Positions 12,684 through 23,265 of a stretch of 64,000 nucleotides of DNA are shown one piece after another. Each line of letters starts with the position of its first letter. The first letter of the stretch is position 1. The stretch is from NCBI RefSeq assembly GCF_006345805.1, contig NC_043025.1, positions 13,516,001 through 13,580,000 of the forward strand, read 5' to 3'. The position numbers were made by a program, and so were the translations under genes. A model generated the notes under the pieces. The model did no database searches and had not been told where the DNA came from. It worked only from the letters and a program-made list of their open reading frames with translations. The DNA is from Octopus sinensis. Its lineage: Eukaryota.

Positions 12684-12918
12684 GGTACTATTTAAGAAAA
12701 GTGGTCCCGGTGCGCGCACTCGCGTACACGCGCGTCCCCGCTAGCTAGTCGTGACTAGTCGATCCTACAACGACTACCTAGCAAAGTAAATTAAACACAA
12801 AATAAATAATTTTTTATAAAACAAAAGAAATAATTTTTAAAACAAAGTAAATAAAACACAAAAACATAACTAGCTTGCGCGAGTGCGCGCACCGGGACCA
12901 CTCTTCTGAAATAGTACC
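12684..12918. mobile_element. MITE with 41-bp CpG-rich TIRs
   Basis: GGTACTATTTAAGAAAAGTGGTCCCGGTGCGCGCACTCGCG with 2 mismatches at the right end; further copy at 16922-17142 and solo end at 13890-13986. Confidence 0.8.
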
Positions 12919-14099
12919 ATTATTATTATTCTATGTTTGACTTTCGCTTTACATTTGCAGAAGTTGTCTCCAAATCTCACCCAGAGACCTCAAGAGACAA
13001 CAGGTTAGAAGTTCATGTTGGAGTTATGCCTAGGGTGCCATATATATTTGGTTTTGTACATAGTGTTGTTCTAGAGAATGTTTTAAGAAAACCTAAGAAA
13101 ATTATGTTTGTTTTAAAACTTGAGATTACATAGAAAGTATTTTACATAAGATATGAGCAGTTCCCATGAGCACTATCTTTTGAATTTCTGCCCTTTTGGG
13201 GTTTCCTGGTATCTGAGTTAGGTAGCAATCAGCCCCTTTTTGCTACCATTCCCAGGGCACCTATGACAACAGGTATTGTTTTAGTGCTATCATTCCCAGG
13301 GCACCCTTATTATTATTATTATTATTGTTATTATTATCAATAGACGTCACTGATTGGTTGAAATTGCCGAAATGCAAGAAATTTAACAACAAATATCTTA
13401 CAAACTACAGAATTTTCTCAAGAAAGCCAAGAGAAAAAGATGTTTTATAAACACATTCTACCAGTGTACGAAGTTACTCTCTCTTTTACTCTTTTACTTG
13501 TTTCAGTCATTTGACTGCGGCCATGCTGGAGCACCGCCTTTAGTCGAGCAAATTGACCCCAGGACTTATTCTTTGTAAGCCCAGTACTCATTCTATCGGT
13601 CTCTTTTGCCGAACCGCTAAGTGACGGGGACGTAAACACACCAGCATCGGTTGTCAAGCAATGCTAGGGGGACAAACACACATATATACGACAGGCTTCT
13701 TTCAGTTTCCGTCAACCAAATCCACTCACAAGGCATTGGTCGGCCCGGGGCTATAGCAGAAGACACTTGCCCAAGATGCCACGCAGTGAGACTGAACCCG
13801 GAACCATGTGGTTGGTTAGCAAGCTACTTACCACACAGCCACTCCTGCGCCTATATAGAAATTATTTTAAAAATCTGCCGGTCAAAGTGAAAAGATCCTA
13901 ATTTTTTTAAAACAAAGTAAGAATCGACTAGTCATGACTAGCTAGCGCGGATGCGCGCACCGGGACCACTCTTCTTAAGTAGTACCTTCGATATAATTTT
14001 AATCCACATCATCTGATAGTTTATTTGTAGAAAATCCCATTTAAAAATATCTAATTTTCTGAGAGTTATGAGGAAACAAATTCGAGCAGAGAGACGCAC

Positions 14100-14330
14100 A
14101 ATTGCGTAAGCGACCCCTCAGCATCACTGTATCAGTTATCTCCCTTCCTTTAATGACGTCACTTAGACGATGTACAGCGAAACAAATCTCTTTTCTACTG
14201 TTGGTCCACTGAAAACCATTCATCAGAATATTATTAAACATTACGCTTTACATCAGGGGATACCAGGGCGATCCTTCGGTATAGGTACCGTAATTACCGG
14301 AAGTGGCTTTGGTTACATTTCTGAAGATAA
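14100..14330. promoter_or_regulatory. Candidate promoter island (CRE + ETS)
   Basis: Perfect TGACGTCA at 14154-14161 and CCGGAAGTG near 14297 in a CpG-containing non-repeat stretch; target gene not established. Confidence 0.3.
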
Positions 14331-14402
14331 CAGAAACCCTTTTCTCCCCTCCCCTTAACCCCCCTCCATATATAAAAAGAACACTTTCTTGAAATGCATC
14401 AT

Positions 14403-14808
14403 TGGCAGAAACGTTAGCACGCCCGGCGAAATGCTTAGCGGTATTTCGTCTACCGTTACGTTCTGAGTTCAAATTCCGCCGAGGTCGACTTTGCCTTTCA
14501 TCCTTTCGGGGTCGATAAATTAAGTACCAGTTACACACTGGGATCGATATTATCGACTTACTCCCTTTGTCTGTCCTTGTTTATCCCCTCTGTGTTTAGC
14601 CCCTTGTGGGTAGTAAAGAAATAGGTATTTCGTCTGCCGTTACGTTCTGAGTTCAAATTCCGCCGAGGTCGACTTAGCCTTTCATCCTTTCGGGGTCGAT
14701 ATATAAAGTACCAGTTACGCACTGGGGTCGATATAATCGACTTAATCCCTTTGTCTGTCCTTGTTTGTCCTCTCTGCGTTTAGCCCCTTGTGGGTAGTAA
14801 AGAAATAG
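14403..14808 (+). mobile_element. SINE with 184-bp tandem duplication of its body (Nin/Deu-like central domain)
   Basis: GCCGAGGTCGACTTTGCCTTTCATCCTTTCGGGGTCGATAAA.TAAGTACC occurs twice (from 14441 and 14625). Confidence 0.7.
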
Positions 14809-15213
14809 GTACTTCTGGTACCTATACCGAAGTTACGCCATATTAAAGGCATATTCCATTTGTTTATTAAATGCTTAGAGGCATTTTGTCCGTAAAGCCC
14901 TGGGATTTAGCACTTACATGGCATGGGCTGCCGAGCACATTTTATGAGAATGAGACTACCATTAACACATAAAAACAAAAATTAGTTAAAATATCTTCTT
15001 AGTATATAATGGTGACAAGTTTTATACATCAACGGAAAATTCATTAGTTGAACTATTAGCCCTCTTGCACTGTGGTGGGTATCGGAGCGTTTGAGTGACA
15101 TTAGACCTCGAGAAAGGCCCTTAAATTAAATGCATCTGGGCCACGATCATGGCCTGTCGCGCTTTATGTGTTAAGATCTACTACAGTATGGTATGGTTTA
15201 AGATATTTTAAAT

Positions 15214-15415
15214 CAGTGCTTTTCAAACTTTTTGCTGGAGCGGAACCCCCAAGGAAGCATTCCACTGGCTCGAGGAACCCCTGAGCAATAATTTAATAGT
15301 CTTATGCAAACATATCTGCAAAGGAGAATTAAAAATTACTGCCGATTTTAGCATTTTTGTAACTTCTTGCGGAACCCCTGGACTGTACTGGCGGAACCCT
15401 GGTTGAAAACCACTG
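15214..15415. mobile_element. hAT-type MITE with 8-bp TSD
   Basis: CAGTGCTTTTCAAA / GTTGAAAACCACTG TIRs; TTTTAAAT duplicated at 15206-15213 and 15416-15423. Confidence 0.85.
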
Positions 15416-15879
15416 TTTTAAATGAAGAGGGTGGTCGATGCGGAAGAAGTGACTAAAGGGGGTCGATGGTCGAAAAAGTTTGGCGACCCCTGATTTAATG
15501 CAACCGTATCTTACGGACTTCTCATCAGTCCCGTATAAGGCGGGGCTGATGGGAGATGCGTTGGAAATGTAGGCATTAAATAATTGTCTACAAATATGGA
15601 TTTTAGAATCATCCATGAGTTGGAAGATTAGATACAATATTAGTTAGACAGAGATTGCGGTTTCGAGGCCAGTTCCACTGAACAACAGCCTGGGGAAACT
15701 ATTATATTCTTGGGCCGAATGGTACCTTGTTGTGAGTCTAGTTGGGGGTAACTATTTGGAAGCTAAACAGCAGAGACTTAAAAGAACATTCTTTTACGTT
15801 CGTTAGCACTCCTATGGGAAAACTAATTATGAAATTCTGACAGCTTCGGCCATCCGTAGTTTAAGTGGAATGCGGACAG

Positions 15880-16500
15880 AGTTGAAAAAGAGAGAGTACG
15901 GGAGGGAAAGAAAGAGGAGAGTTAATGAGATAGTGGTGGTAACCAGTTGAGAAACCACTCCCAAAAGGGACAAATTTTGACAGTTTTGACCATCCATAGT
16001 GTTGGGAGAAAGAGAGGGAAAAGAGGAGTGACAGAGTTTAAGGAGGACAGAAAGACGAGAGGGAAAGAGAGAAAGAGAAAAATGGATGAAAATGGGAAGA
16101 GTGATGGAGAAGAAGAGAGTAATAGAGAGAAAGAGAGTGGAAGAGAAAGTATGAGCGAAAAAAGAGGACAGAGAGGGAGACAGAAAGAGTATGAGAGGGA
16201 AAGAGGAGAAGAGACAAAAAGTATGAGTGGGAGAGAGAGGGAGAAAGAAAGAGTATAAGAAGGAAATAGAGGGGGAAAAGAAAGAGTATGATAGGGAAAG
16301 AGAGGGGGAAAGAAAGAGAATGAGAGAGAAACAGAGGAGTAAAGAAAGAGTTTGCGAGGGAAACAGAGGGGGAAAGGAGTATGAGAGGGAAAGAGACACA
16401 AAGAGAGTATGAGAGGGAAAAGAGGAGAGGAGACAAAAAGTATGAGTGGGAGAGAGAGAGAGGGAGAAAGAAAGAGTAATAGAGGGGAAAGAGAGAGAGT
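15880..16500. repeat. Purine-rich (GA/GAG/TATGAG) low-complexity tract
   Basis: Almost pure A/G on the + strand. Confidence 0.9.
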
Positions 16501-16656
16501 AGCGAGATAGTGGTTGTGGTGGTGGATGCGTCGGTAAGACTCTCGTGCAGTTTCCGCTTCCCGTCCGTCAGCTGTGTTCACGCTGGCTTCTTCATGTGGT
16601 TGTGAATATGTCGTAGTTTAATATACGCATGGCCAACGGAAGAGCTTCCAGTGAGT
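16500..16656 (+). promoter_or_regulatory. Candidate promoter / non-coding first exon for DPH3
   Basis: Locally CpG-rich non-repeat island with ETS-like TTCCG/CGGAAG motifs and donor-like sites TCG|GTAAGA (16534) and CCA|GTGAGT (16651); matching acceptor tctttctttttctttcAG at approx 22398. Confidence 0.35.
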
Positions 16657-16921
16657 GTATATAGAATATATATTACATAAATATAGGATCAACAAATAGA
16701 CAGGGTAGGTATCCCTCGGCATTTAGTAATATTTATTATATATCCATGAATTCCCGCGCACATGGTCTCTGTTTAACTATATATATATGTATATATATGT
16801 GTATATATGTATTTAAAGTTGCTTTTTGTGTTTTCTACGGGTTTCTTGAAGCCCACTTTGTTCCTACACCTTGATTCTTGGATTTTACATTTACACACAC
16901 ACAAACTAAGAGCCGAGAATC

Positions 16922-17142
16922 GGTACTACTTAAGAAAAGTGTTCCCGGTGCGCGCACTCGCGTACTCGCGCATCCGGGCTAGCTAGTCGTGACTAGTCGA
17001 TCCTACAACGACTACCTAGCAAAGTAAATAAAACACAAAATAATTTTTTTTAAACAAATAAAACAAAAACAAAGTAAGGTTCGACTAGTCACGTCTATCT
17101 AACGCGTGTGCACTTCCGGGACCACTCTTCTTAAATAGTACC
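16922..17142. mobile_element. Second copy of the GGTACTA-TIR MITE
   Basis: Same TIRs and internal CTAGCTAGTCGTGACTAGTCGATCC block. Confidence 0.78.
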
Positions 17143-17509
17143 CCAACGATCTATCTATCTTTCATATATTATGTAATTAATTGCGACAGAAGCAATATTA
17201 ATATCAATATATGGATATTATACATATATACGGACGATCAGTTGATTATGATTTTTATTCTCCCCTCTCAGAATCACACACTTCCTGCAGCGGTCCTTAC
17301 GTTTTTCTAAGCCCTATAAAAGAACTCGGACGGTTGGACCTCCAACCAGGGCTTTCACAACACCCTTAAAGCCTGGAACTTTTCAACACCCCCCTCCTGT
17401 GTATATATATATATATATATAATTAAATAAGGGTAGAAATTGATATTAATCAATTAAAACCAGTGGCTTAGCATATTAAAAAAAATCCGAAGATTAAAAT
17501 ATTTGTTTG

Positions 17510-17546
<37 letters not shown>

Positions 17547-17946
17547 CACTACCAAACTAGTAAATTTACGCATTAGGCCGCGTACCTTAGAAGTATAACT
17601 ACACTTTAGGGCCCCACTTGTATATTTTGAGCTTCAAAGATTTTTGGAGTCATAAGGCATCTATATATATAAAACGAAGAATATGTGTCTGTCTGTGTGA
17701 ATCCCTAAAACTTGAGAACTACGCTACCAATTTCATTAAAATTTTACACATGCCTTACTTAGGGTCCATGGAGTGTCATGGGCAAAAAAAACTTTCAACT
17801 TCTTGCCTAGGGCGAGCCCACAGCAATATCATATCTTTACTATTTCAGTATTACGTGTCAAAAGTGAAAAAAAACATCTCTATATTGTAATGTCAAATAC
17901 TTTCACTTTAATACTGAAACTATTAAAGTCAAACTATTATATAAGA

Positions 17947-20752
17947 GGAGGTTTCTATGGGACAACCGCTGAGAGCCACTGACCAGATCTGTGGCTGGTG
18001 CAAAGTCCCCACTCGACCCAAAGTAACATGGTGGTGGAACGACGTGGTTGACAGGGCTATTAGACAAAAGAAACAGGCTTGGAAGGACTGGAAGAACGGA
18101 GGTAGCAGGGAATTGTATCAGACTGCCAGAAGGGAAGCTAGGAGACAGGTCTATTTAGCCAGAGGGGGAGCAGATAAGAAAAAATTTGCCAATGTTCTGT
18201 GCCGTGAGGACCAAAGACTTGAGGTATTTCGTGTTGCAAGACAGTGTGTGAGAGAGAATCGTGATGTGGTAGGAGAGAAATGTGTTCGCAAGGATGACGG
18301 TTCATTTGCGCTAAATGAGGATGCAAAGAGAGAGGTTTGGAGATGCCACTATGAAAGGTTGCTGAATAAAGAAAATGAATGGGATAAAGAGAGTCTGCCG
18401 AATGTCGACCCAACAGAGGGACCAGCTATCCAAGTTAACAGTTCTTTGGTAGTTAAGGCAATTAGAAGCATGAAGACAGGGAAAGCCCCAGGCCCATCAG
18501 GAATTACTGCAGAGATGCTCAAAATATCTGGCAGTGTCGGCTATAGTCTAGTCATCCGTATAGTTAACCAAGTGATACACGGAGTCATACCCAATGACTG
18601 GTGTAGCAGCATAATAGTCAACTGCTACAAAGGTAAAGGAGACGCCCTAGATACAAATAATTACAGAGGTATCAAGCTGTTGGATCAGGTAATGAAGGTT
18701 ACGGAGAGGGTCATAGCCCAACTGATTAGGGAGAGAGTCAACTTGGACGAGATGCAGTTTGGTTTCGTGCCAGGGAAAAGCACCACTGATGCCATATTTC
18801 TGGTGAGACAGCTGCAGGAGAAATACCTAGCCAAAGATAAGTCCCTGTACCTAGCTTTCGTTGACATGGATAAAGCCTTTGACAGGGTCCCCCGATCCCT
18901 TATCTGGTGGTCAATGAGGAAACTAGGGATAGATGAATGGCTGGTGAGAGCTGTGCAAGCCATGTACAGGGATGCTGTAAGTAAGGTTAGGGTTGGCAAC
19001 GTGTACACTGAAGAATTCAAGGTAGAGGTTGGGGTCCACCAGGGTTCAGTCCTCAGCCCCCTCCTATTTATCATAGTCCTCCAGGCAATTATGGAGGAAT
19101 TCAAGACAGGTTACCTCTGGGAGCTCCTCTATGCTGACGACCTAGCTCTAATTGCTGAGTCACTATCAGAACTGGAGGAGAAGTTCCAGGTGTGGAAGGA
19201 GGGATTAGAATCGAGGGACCTTAGAGTCAACCTAGCTAAAACCAAAGTACTAATAAGTAGGAAAGTAGACAAACCACAAATGCCTTCAGGTAGATGGCCC
19301 TGCTCGATCTGTACAAAAGGTGTAGGTAGAAACTCTACAAGATGTACCCAGTGTAAGCTATGGACACATAAGAGGTGCAGCAATGTCAAAGGAAGGCTAA
19401 CTGGGAAGATAGTTTTTGTATGTGGCAGATGCTCAGGAGCAATAAACTCTGAAAATCTGCAGAAAACAACTTCCGTCACTTTCCAGGGAGAAAAACTAGA
19501 AGTAGTTGATAGCTTCCGCTACCTAGGTGACCAAGTCAATAGTGGGGGTGGGTGCACTGAAAGTGTAACTGCTAGAGTAAGAATAGCCTGGGCAAAGTTC
19601 AGGGAGCTCTTACCTCTGCTGGTGACTAAAGGCCTCTCGCTCAGAGTAAAAGGCACACTGTATGATGCATGTGTACGAACAGCCATGCTACATGGCAGTG
19701 AAACATGGGCCGTGACTGCTGAGGACATGCGTAAGCTCGCGAGGAATGAAGCCAGTATGCTCCGATGGATGTGTAATGTCAGTGTGCATACTCGACAGAG
19801 TGTAAGTACCTTGAGAGAAATGTTGGACCTAAGAAGCATCAGTTGTGGTGTGCAAGAGAGACGATTGCGCTGGTATGGTCATGTGGCGAGAATGGATGAA
19901 GATAGGTGTGTGAGAAAGTGCCAATCCCTAGCAGTTGAGGGAACCCGTGGAAGAGGTAGACCCAGGAAAACCTGGGACGAGGTGGTGAAGCACGACCTTC
20001 GAACTTTAGGCCTCACTGAGGCAATGACCAGCAACTGAGACCTTTGGTAATATGCTGTGTGTGAGAAGACCAGGCAGGACAAGTGAGTCCAGCCCACTTA
20101 TGCATGTCTTTCCTCCCTTGGACACACAAAGACCTGTTGGGGCAAGTGAAATCGAAATCGAACCAATCCTTTGACTGGCATCCGGCAGTTGCCAGGACCG
20201 CTGGACTGACTCCTGTGCAGGTGGCAAGTGAAGAAACACCATTTCGACCCTGTGCTTGAGGAGATCCACTGAGTCAAGGACACCGACATCAAAATCAATG
20301 AAAACTGTAGTTGTGATCCCTGAGCCGGTGGCACATAAACAGTACCATCTGAACGTGGCTGATGCCGGCGCCGCCTAGACTGGCTATCCGAATCGTGGCC
20401 GATGCTATTGCCGCCTCGACTGGCTTCCATTCCGGTGGCACGTAAAAAGCACCATCCGAATCGTGGCCGATGCCAGTGCCACCTCGACTGGCTTCCGTGC
20501 CGGTGGCACATAAAATGCACCAATCCGATCGTGGCCGTTGCCAGCCTCGCCTGGCACCTGTGCAGGTGGCACGTAAAAAGCACCCACTACACTCGCGGAG
20601 TGGTTGGCGTTAGGAAGGGCATCCAGCTGTAGAAACACTGCCAGATCAGACTGGAGCCTGGTGCAGCCTCCTGGCTTCCCAGACCCCGGTCAAACTGTCC
20701 AACCCATGCTAGCATGGAGAACGGACGTTAAACGATGATGAGGAGGAGGAGG
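17947..20752 (+). mobile_element. RTE-clade LINE, 5'-truncated, with long 3' UTR and (GAT)n tail
   Basis: RT ORF followed by an approx 700-nt UTR ending GGACGTTAAACGATGATGAGG; no endonuclease domain in this copy. Confidence 0.92.
17957..20038 (+). CDS. RTE reverse transcriptase ORF (693 codons) with embedded PHD-like finger
   Basis: QFGFVPGKST, AFVDMDKAFDRV, GVHQGSVLSPLLF, LLYADDL, FRYLG, LRWYGHV motifs; C4HC3-type CSIC...CTQCKLWTHKRC...CGRC. The start ATG appears to arise from a frameshift at the truncation and the stop looks slightly premature. Confidence 0.9.
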   Translation: MGQPLRATDQICGWCKVPTRPKVTWWWNDVVDRAIRQKKQAWKDWKNGGSRELYQTARREARRQVYLARGGADKKKFANVLCREDQRLEVFRVARQCVRENRDVVGEKCVRKDDGSFALNEDAKREVWRCHYERLLNKENEWDKESLPNVDPTEGPAIQVNSSLVVKAIRSMKTGKAPGPSGITAEMLKISGSVGYSLVIRIVNQVIHGVIPNDWCSSIIVNCYKGKGDALDTNNYRGIKLLDQVMKVTERVIAQLIRERVNLDEMQFGFVPGKSTTDAIFLVRQLQEKYLAKDKSLYLAFVDMDKAFDRVPRSLIWWSMRKLGIDEWLVRAVQAMYRDAVSKVRVGNVYTEEFKVEVGVHQGSVLSPLLFIIVLQAIMEEFKTGYLWELLYADDLALIAESLSELEEKFQVWKEGLESRDLRVNLAKTKVLISRKVDKPQMPSGRWPCSICTKGVGRNSTRCTQCKLWTHKRCSNVKGRLTGKIVFVCGRCSGAINSENLQKTTSVTFQGEKLEVVDSFRYLGDQVNSGGGCTESVTARVRIAWAKFRELLPLLVTKGLSLRVKGTLYDACVRTAMLHGSETWAVTAEDMRKLARNEASMLRWMCNVSVHTRQSVSTLREMLDLRSISCGVQERRLRWYGHVARMDEDRCVRKCQSLAVEGTRGRGRPRKTWDEVVKHDLRTLGLTEAMTSN

Positions 20753-21011
20753 AACTGTAACTGGACATCCATTCTGCTAGAAGAAGATCTGCTATAGTCT
20801 TATATACTCCACCACTGGTTTTAAATTCATACTAATCAAATTAATAATCAATTTTTCACCCTTATTATTTTAAATCTAAATTTACATCTATATATATAGA
20901 TGTGTATATATATAACGGGAATCTTTATGAAAATAAACAAAAGACGAAGGCAGGTGGAATACAAACAAACAATTGTATTAGTATGGCGCTCGGGAAATAT
21001 AAATGAAACAA

Positions 21012-21050
21012 GTCTTTAACGTTTCGAGCCTACGCTCTTCAACAGAAAGA
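21012..21050 (-). ncRNA. Degenerate minimal hammerhead (Penelope-like terminal-repeat type)
   Basis: UCUUU CUGUUGA A GAGC-GUAG-GCUC GAAA C G U U | AAAGA; A6U substitution and extra A after A9; palindromic AACGUU stem III. Confidence 0.45.
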
Positions 21051-21199
21051 TACACAGAGAAAAAACACAGAAAGGAGAGAAAAAAAATGCGTGCAGTAGC
21101 TAGCGAATCAACATGGCGATATATAGATAGATGTATATGTATACATGTATGTGTAGATGTATATATATACATGTAATATGTACACATATATGCAGCCAT

Positions 21200-21230
<31 letters not shown>

Positions 21231-21635
21231 TAGGTGCAGGTGTGGCTGTGTGGTAACAAACTTGGTTCCAAAACACATGGTCCTCAGTTCAGTCCCACTG
21301 TGTGGTGTCTTGGCATGCGTCTTCTGCTATAGCCTCAGACCAACCAAAGCCTTGTCAGTGGATTTGGTAGACAGAAACTGCAAGAAATCAGTTGTATATA
21401 TAAGTCTATGTGTGTGTGTCTTTGTGTTTCTCCCTCATCACTGCTTCACAACTGGTGTTCGTTTATTTACATCCCCATAACTTACTGGTTTCACGAGAAG
21501 AAACTGCTAGAATTAGTACCAGGCTTATCAACATAAAAAAGGCACTACCCTGTGTCTCATATTTTTGTTTTCCCACTCAGTTGTATCTATCAATTTATCT
21601 TTGGTAGACGGAAACTGAAAGAAGCCCGTCGTATA

Positions 21636-22105
21636 TGCCAGCGCTGCCTCGACTGGCTTCTGTGCCGGTGGTACATAAAAAGCACCATCCGAACGTGGCC
21701 GATGCCGGCGCTGCCTCGACTGGCTCCAGTGCCGGTGGCACATAAAAAGCACAATCCGAACGTGGCCGATGCCAGCGCCGCCTCGACTGGCTTCTGTGCC
21801 GGTGGTACATAAAAAGCACCATCCGAACGTGGCCGATTCCAGTGCCACCATGGCTGGCTTCCGTGCCGGTGGCACGTTAAAAGCACCAACCGATCGTGGC
21901 CGATGCCGGCCCCCCTGGCATCTGTGCAGGTGGCACGTAAAAAGCACCCACTACACTCATAGAGTGGTTGGCGTTAGGAAGGGCATCCAGCTGTAGAAAC
22001 TCTGCCAGATCAGACTGGAGCCCCGTGCAGCGCCCGGCTTCCCAGACCCCGGTCGAACCATCCAACCCGTGCTAGCACAGAAAACGGACGTTAAATGATG
22101 ATGAT
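21636..22105 (+). mobile_element. RTE 3'-UTR copy with about 5 internal approx 63-nt repeats
   Basis: Repeated GTGCCGGTGGCAC.TAAAAAGCACCATCCGAACGTGGCCGA unit, UTR core, (GAT)n tail. Confidence 0.8.
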
Positions 22106-22597
22106 GTGTGTGTCTGTGTTTGTCCCTCAACATCACTTGACAACCGATACTTGTGTGTGTTTATGTCCCCGTAACTTAGCGGTTCTGCAAAAGAGACCGA
22201 TAGAATAAGTACTAGGCTTACAAAGAATATGTCCTGGGGTCGATTTGCTTGACTAAAGGCGGTGCTCCAGCATGGCTGCAGTCAAATGACTGAAACAAGT
22301 AAAAGAGTAAACCATTTTCTTGTGGGGCAGTTAGTCAAAGCTCTCCACTTTGTTTAGCTGTTCCAACCATGACCATCCTGTCTTTCTTTTTTCTTTCAGA
22401 TTGTTTTCATCTAGAACCCCTTTGCCTTTGTCCTTGGTATTTTGAAAAAGAAAAAGACAGTGAAAAGAAGTTTGGCTGCTATTTCTAGCTGCTCGAGAGA
22501 CCACCTCGTAAGAAGAAGCCACTTTTTTTTTTTTTCCGCACGCTCCCTTCGTTCTTCCCCCATCCATTCGAGAGGAAGGCCCCCAGGTCCAGGAATA

Positions 22598-22843
22598 ATG
22601 GTTGTCTACCACGACGAGGTTGAAATCGAAGACATGGAATACGACGAAGAGTCCGAACTCTACCACTTCCCGTGTCCGTGCGGCGACCGGTTCGAGATAA
22701 GCCTGGAAGACCTAGAAAACGGTGAAACTGATGCCACTTGCCCCGGCTGTTCCCTGGTCATTAAAGTGATATATGATGTTGAGGACTTCATGCAGACTGA
22801 AAAAGTGAGCCGTGTCCCCAAACTCCAGACGGCCTGTGCTTAA
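22598..22843 (+). CDS. DPH3: Diphthamide biosynthesis protein 3 / KTI11 (CSL zinc finger), 81 aa, no intron in the CDS
   Basis: [60 protein letters not shown] matches the DPH3 family pattern (CPCGD.F ... CP.CSL); ATG in ATAATGG context. Confidence 0.95.
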   Translation: MVVYHDEVEIEDMEYDEESELYHFPCPCGDRFEISLEDLENGETDATCPGCSLVIKVIYDVEDFMQTEKVSRVPKLQTACA

Positions 22844-22859
22844 AGAGGAAAGCCGAAGC

Positions 22860-23265
22860 AATTGTATAATTTATATTCCAAAGTAAGTATTGTTATTAAT
22901 CTTACTAGGCAGTCTTTGACTTTAACGTCCCACTCGGCCAAAGGGCAGTCTTTGACTATAAGCATGTCATTTATTTAGCCAAAATTAAGCTGGTATTGTA
23001 TAATTTATATATCAAAGTAAGTATAGTTATTAATCTTACTAGGCAGTCTTTGACTTTAACGTCCCAGTCGGCCTAAGGGCAGTCTTTGACTTTAATGTCC
23101 CACTTGGCCTAAGGGCAGTCTTTGACTATAGCGTCATTTATTTAGTCAAAATTTAGCTGGTATTGTATAATTTATATATCAACATTTAGCTGGTATTGTA
23201 TAATTCATATATTAATTTATATATCAAAGTAAGTATAGTTATTAATCTTACTAGGCAGACATACT
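22860..23265. repeat. Compound tandem repeat just 3' of DPH3
   Basis: Approx 135-bp unit with nested GGCAGTCTTTGACT subrepeats; CAAAGTAAGTAT occurs three times. Confidence 0.85.

Noticed and set aside
14321-14345. CTGAAGA...GAAAC (also CTGATGAG at 15523 minus, CTGAAGA at 10633)
   Set aside because: Missing stem II/III pairing or GUH site.
15827-16581. 190-219-aa Leu/Ser/Phe ORFs
   Set aside because: Reverse complement of the GA tract; no domain.
22331-22666. 111-aa minus ORF antisense to DPH3
   Set aside because: The Lys/Arg-rich part is the reverse complement of the plus-strand polypyrimidine acceptor tract; no recognisable domain.
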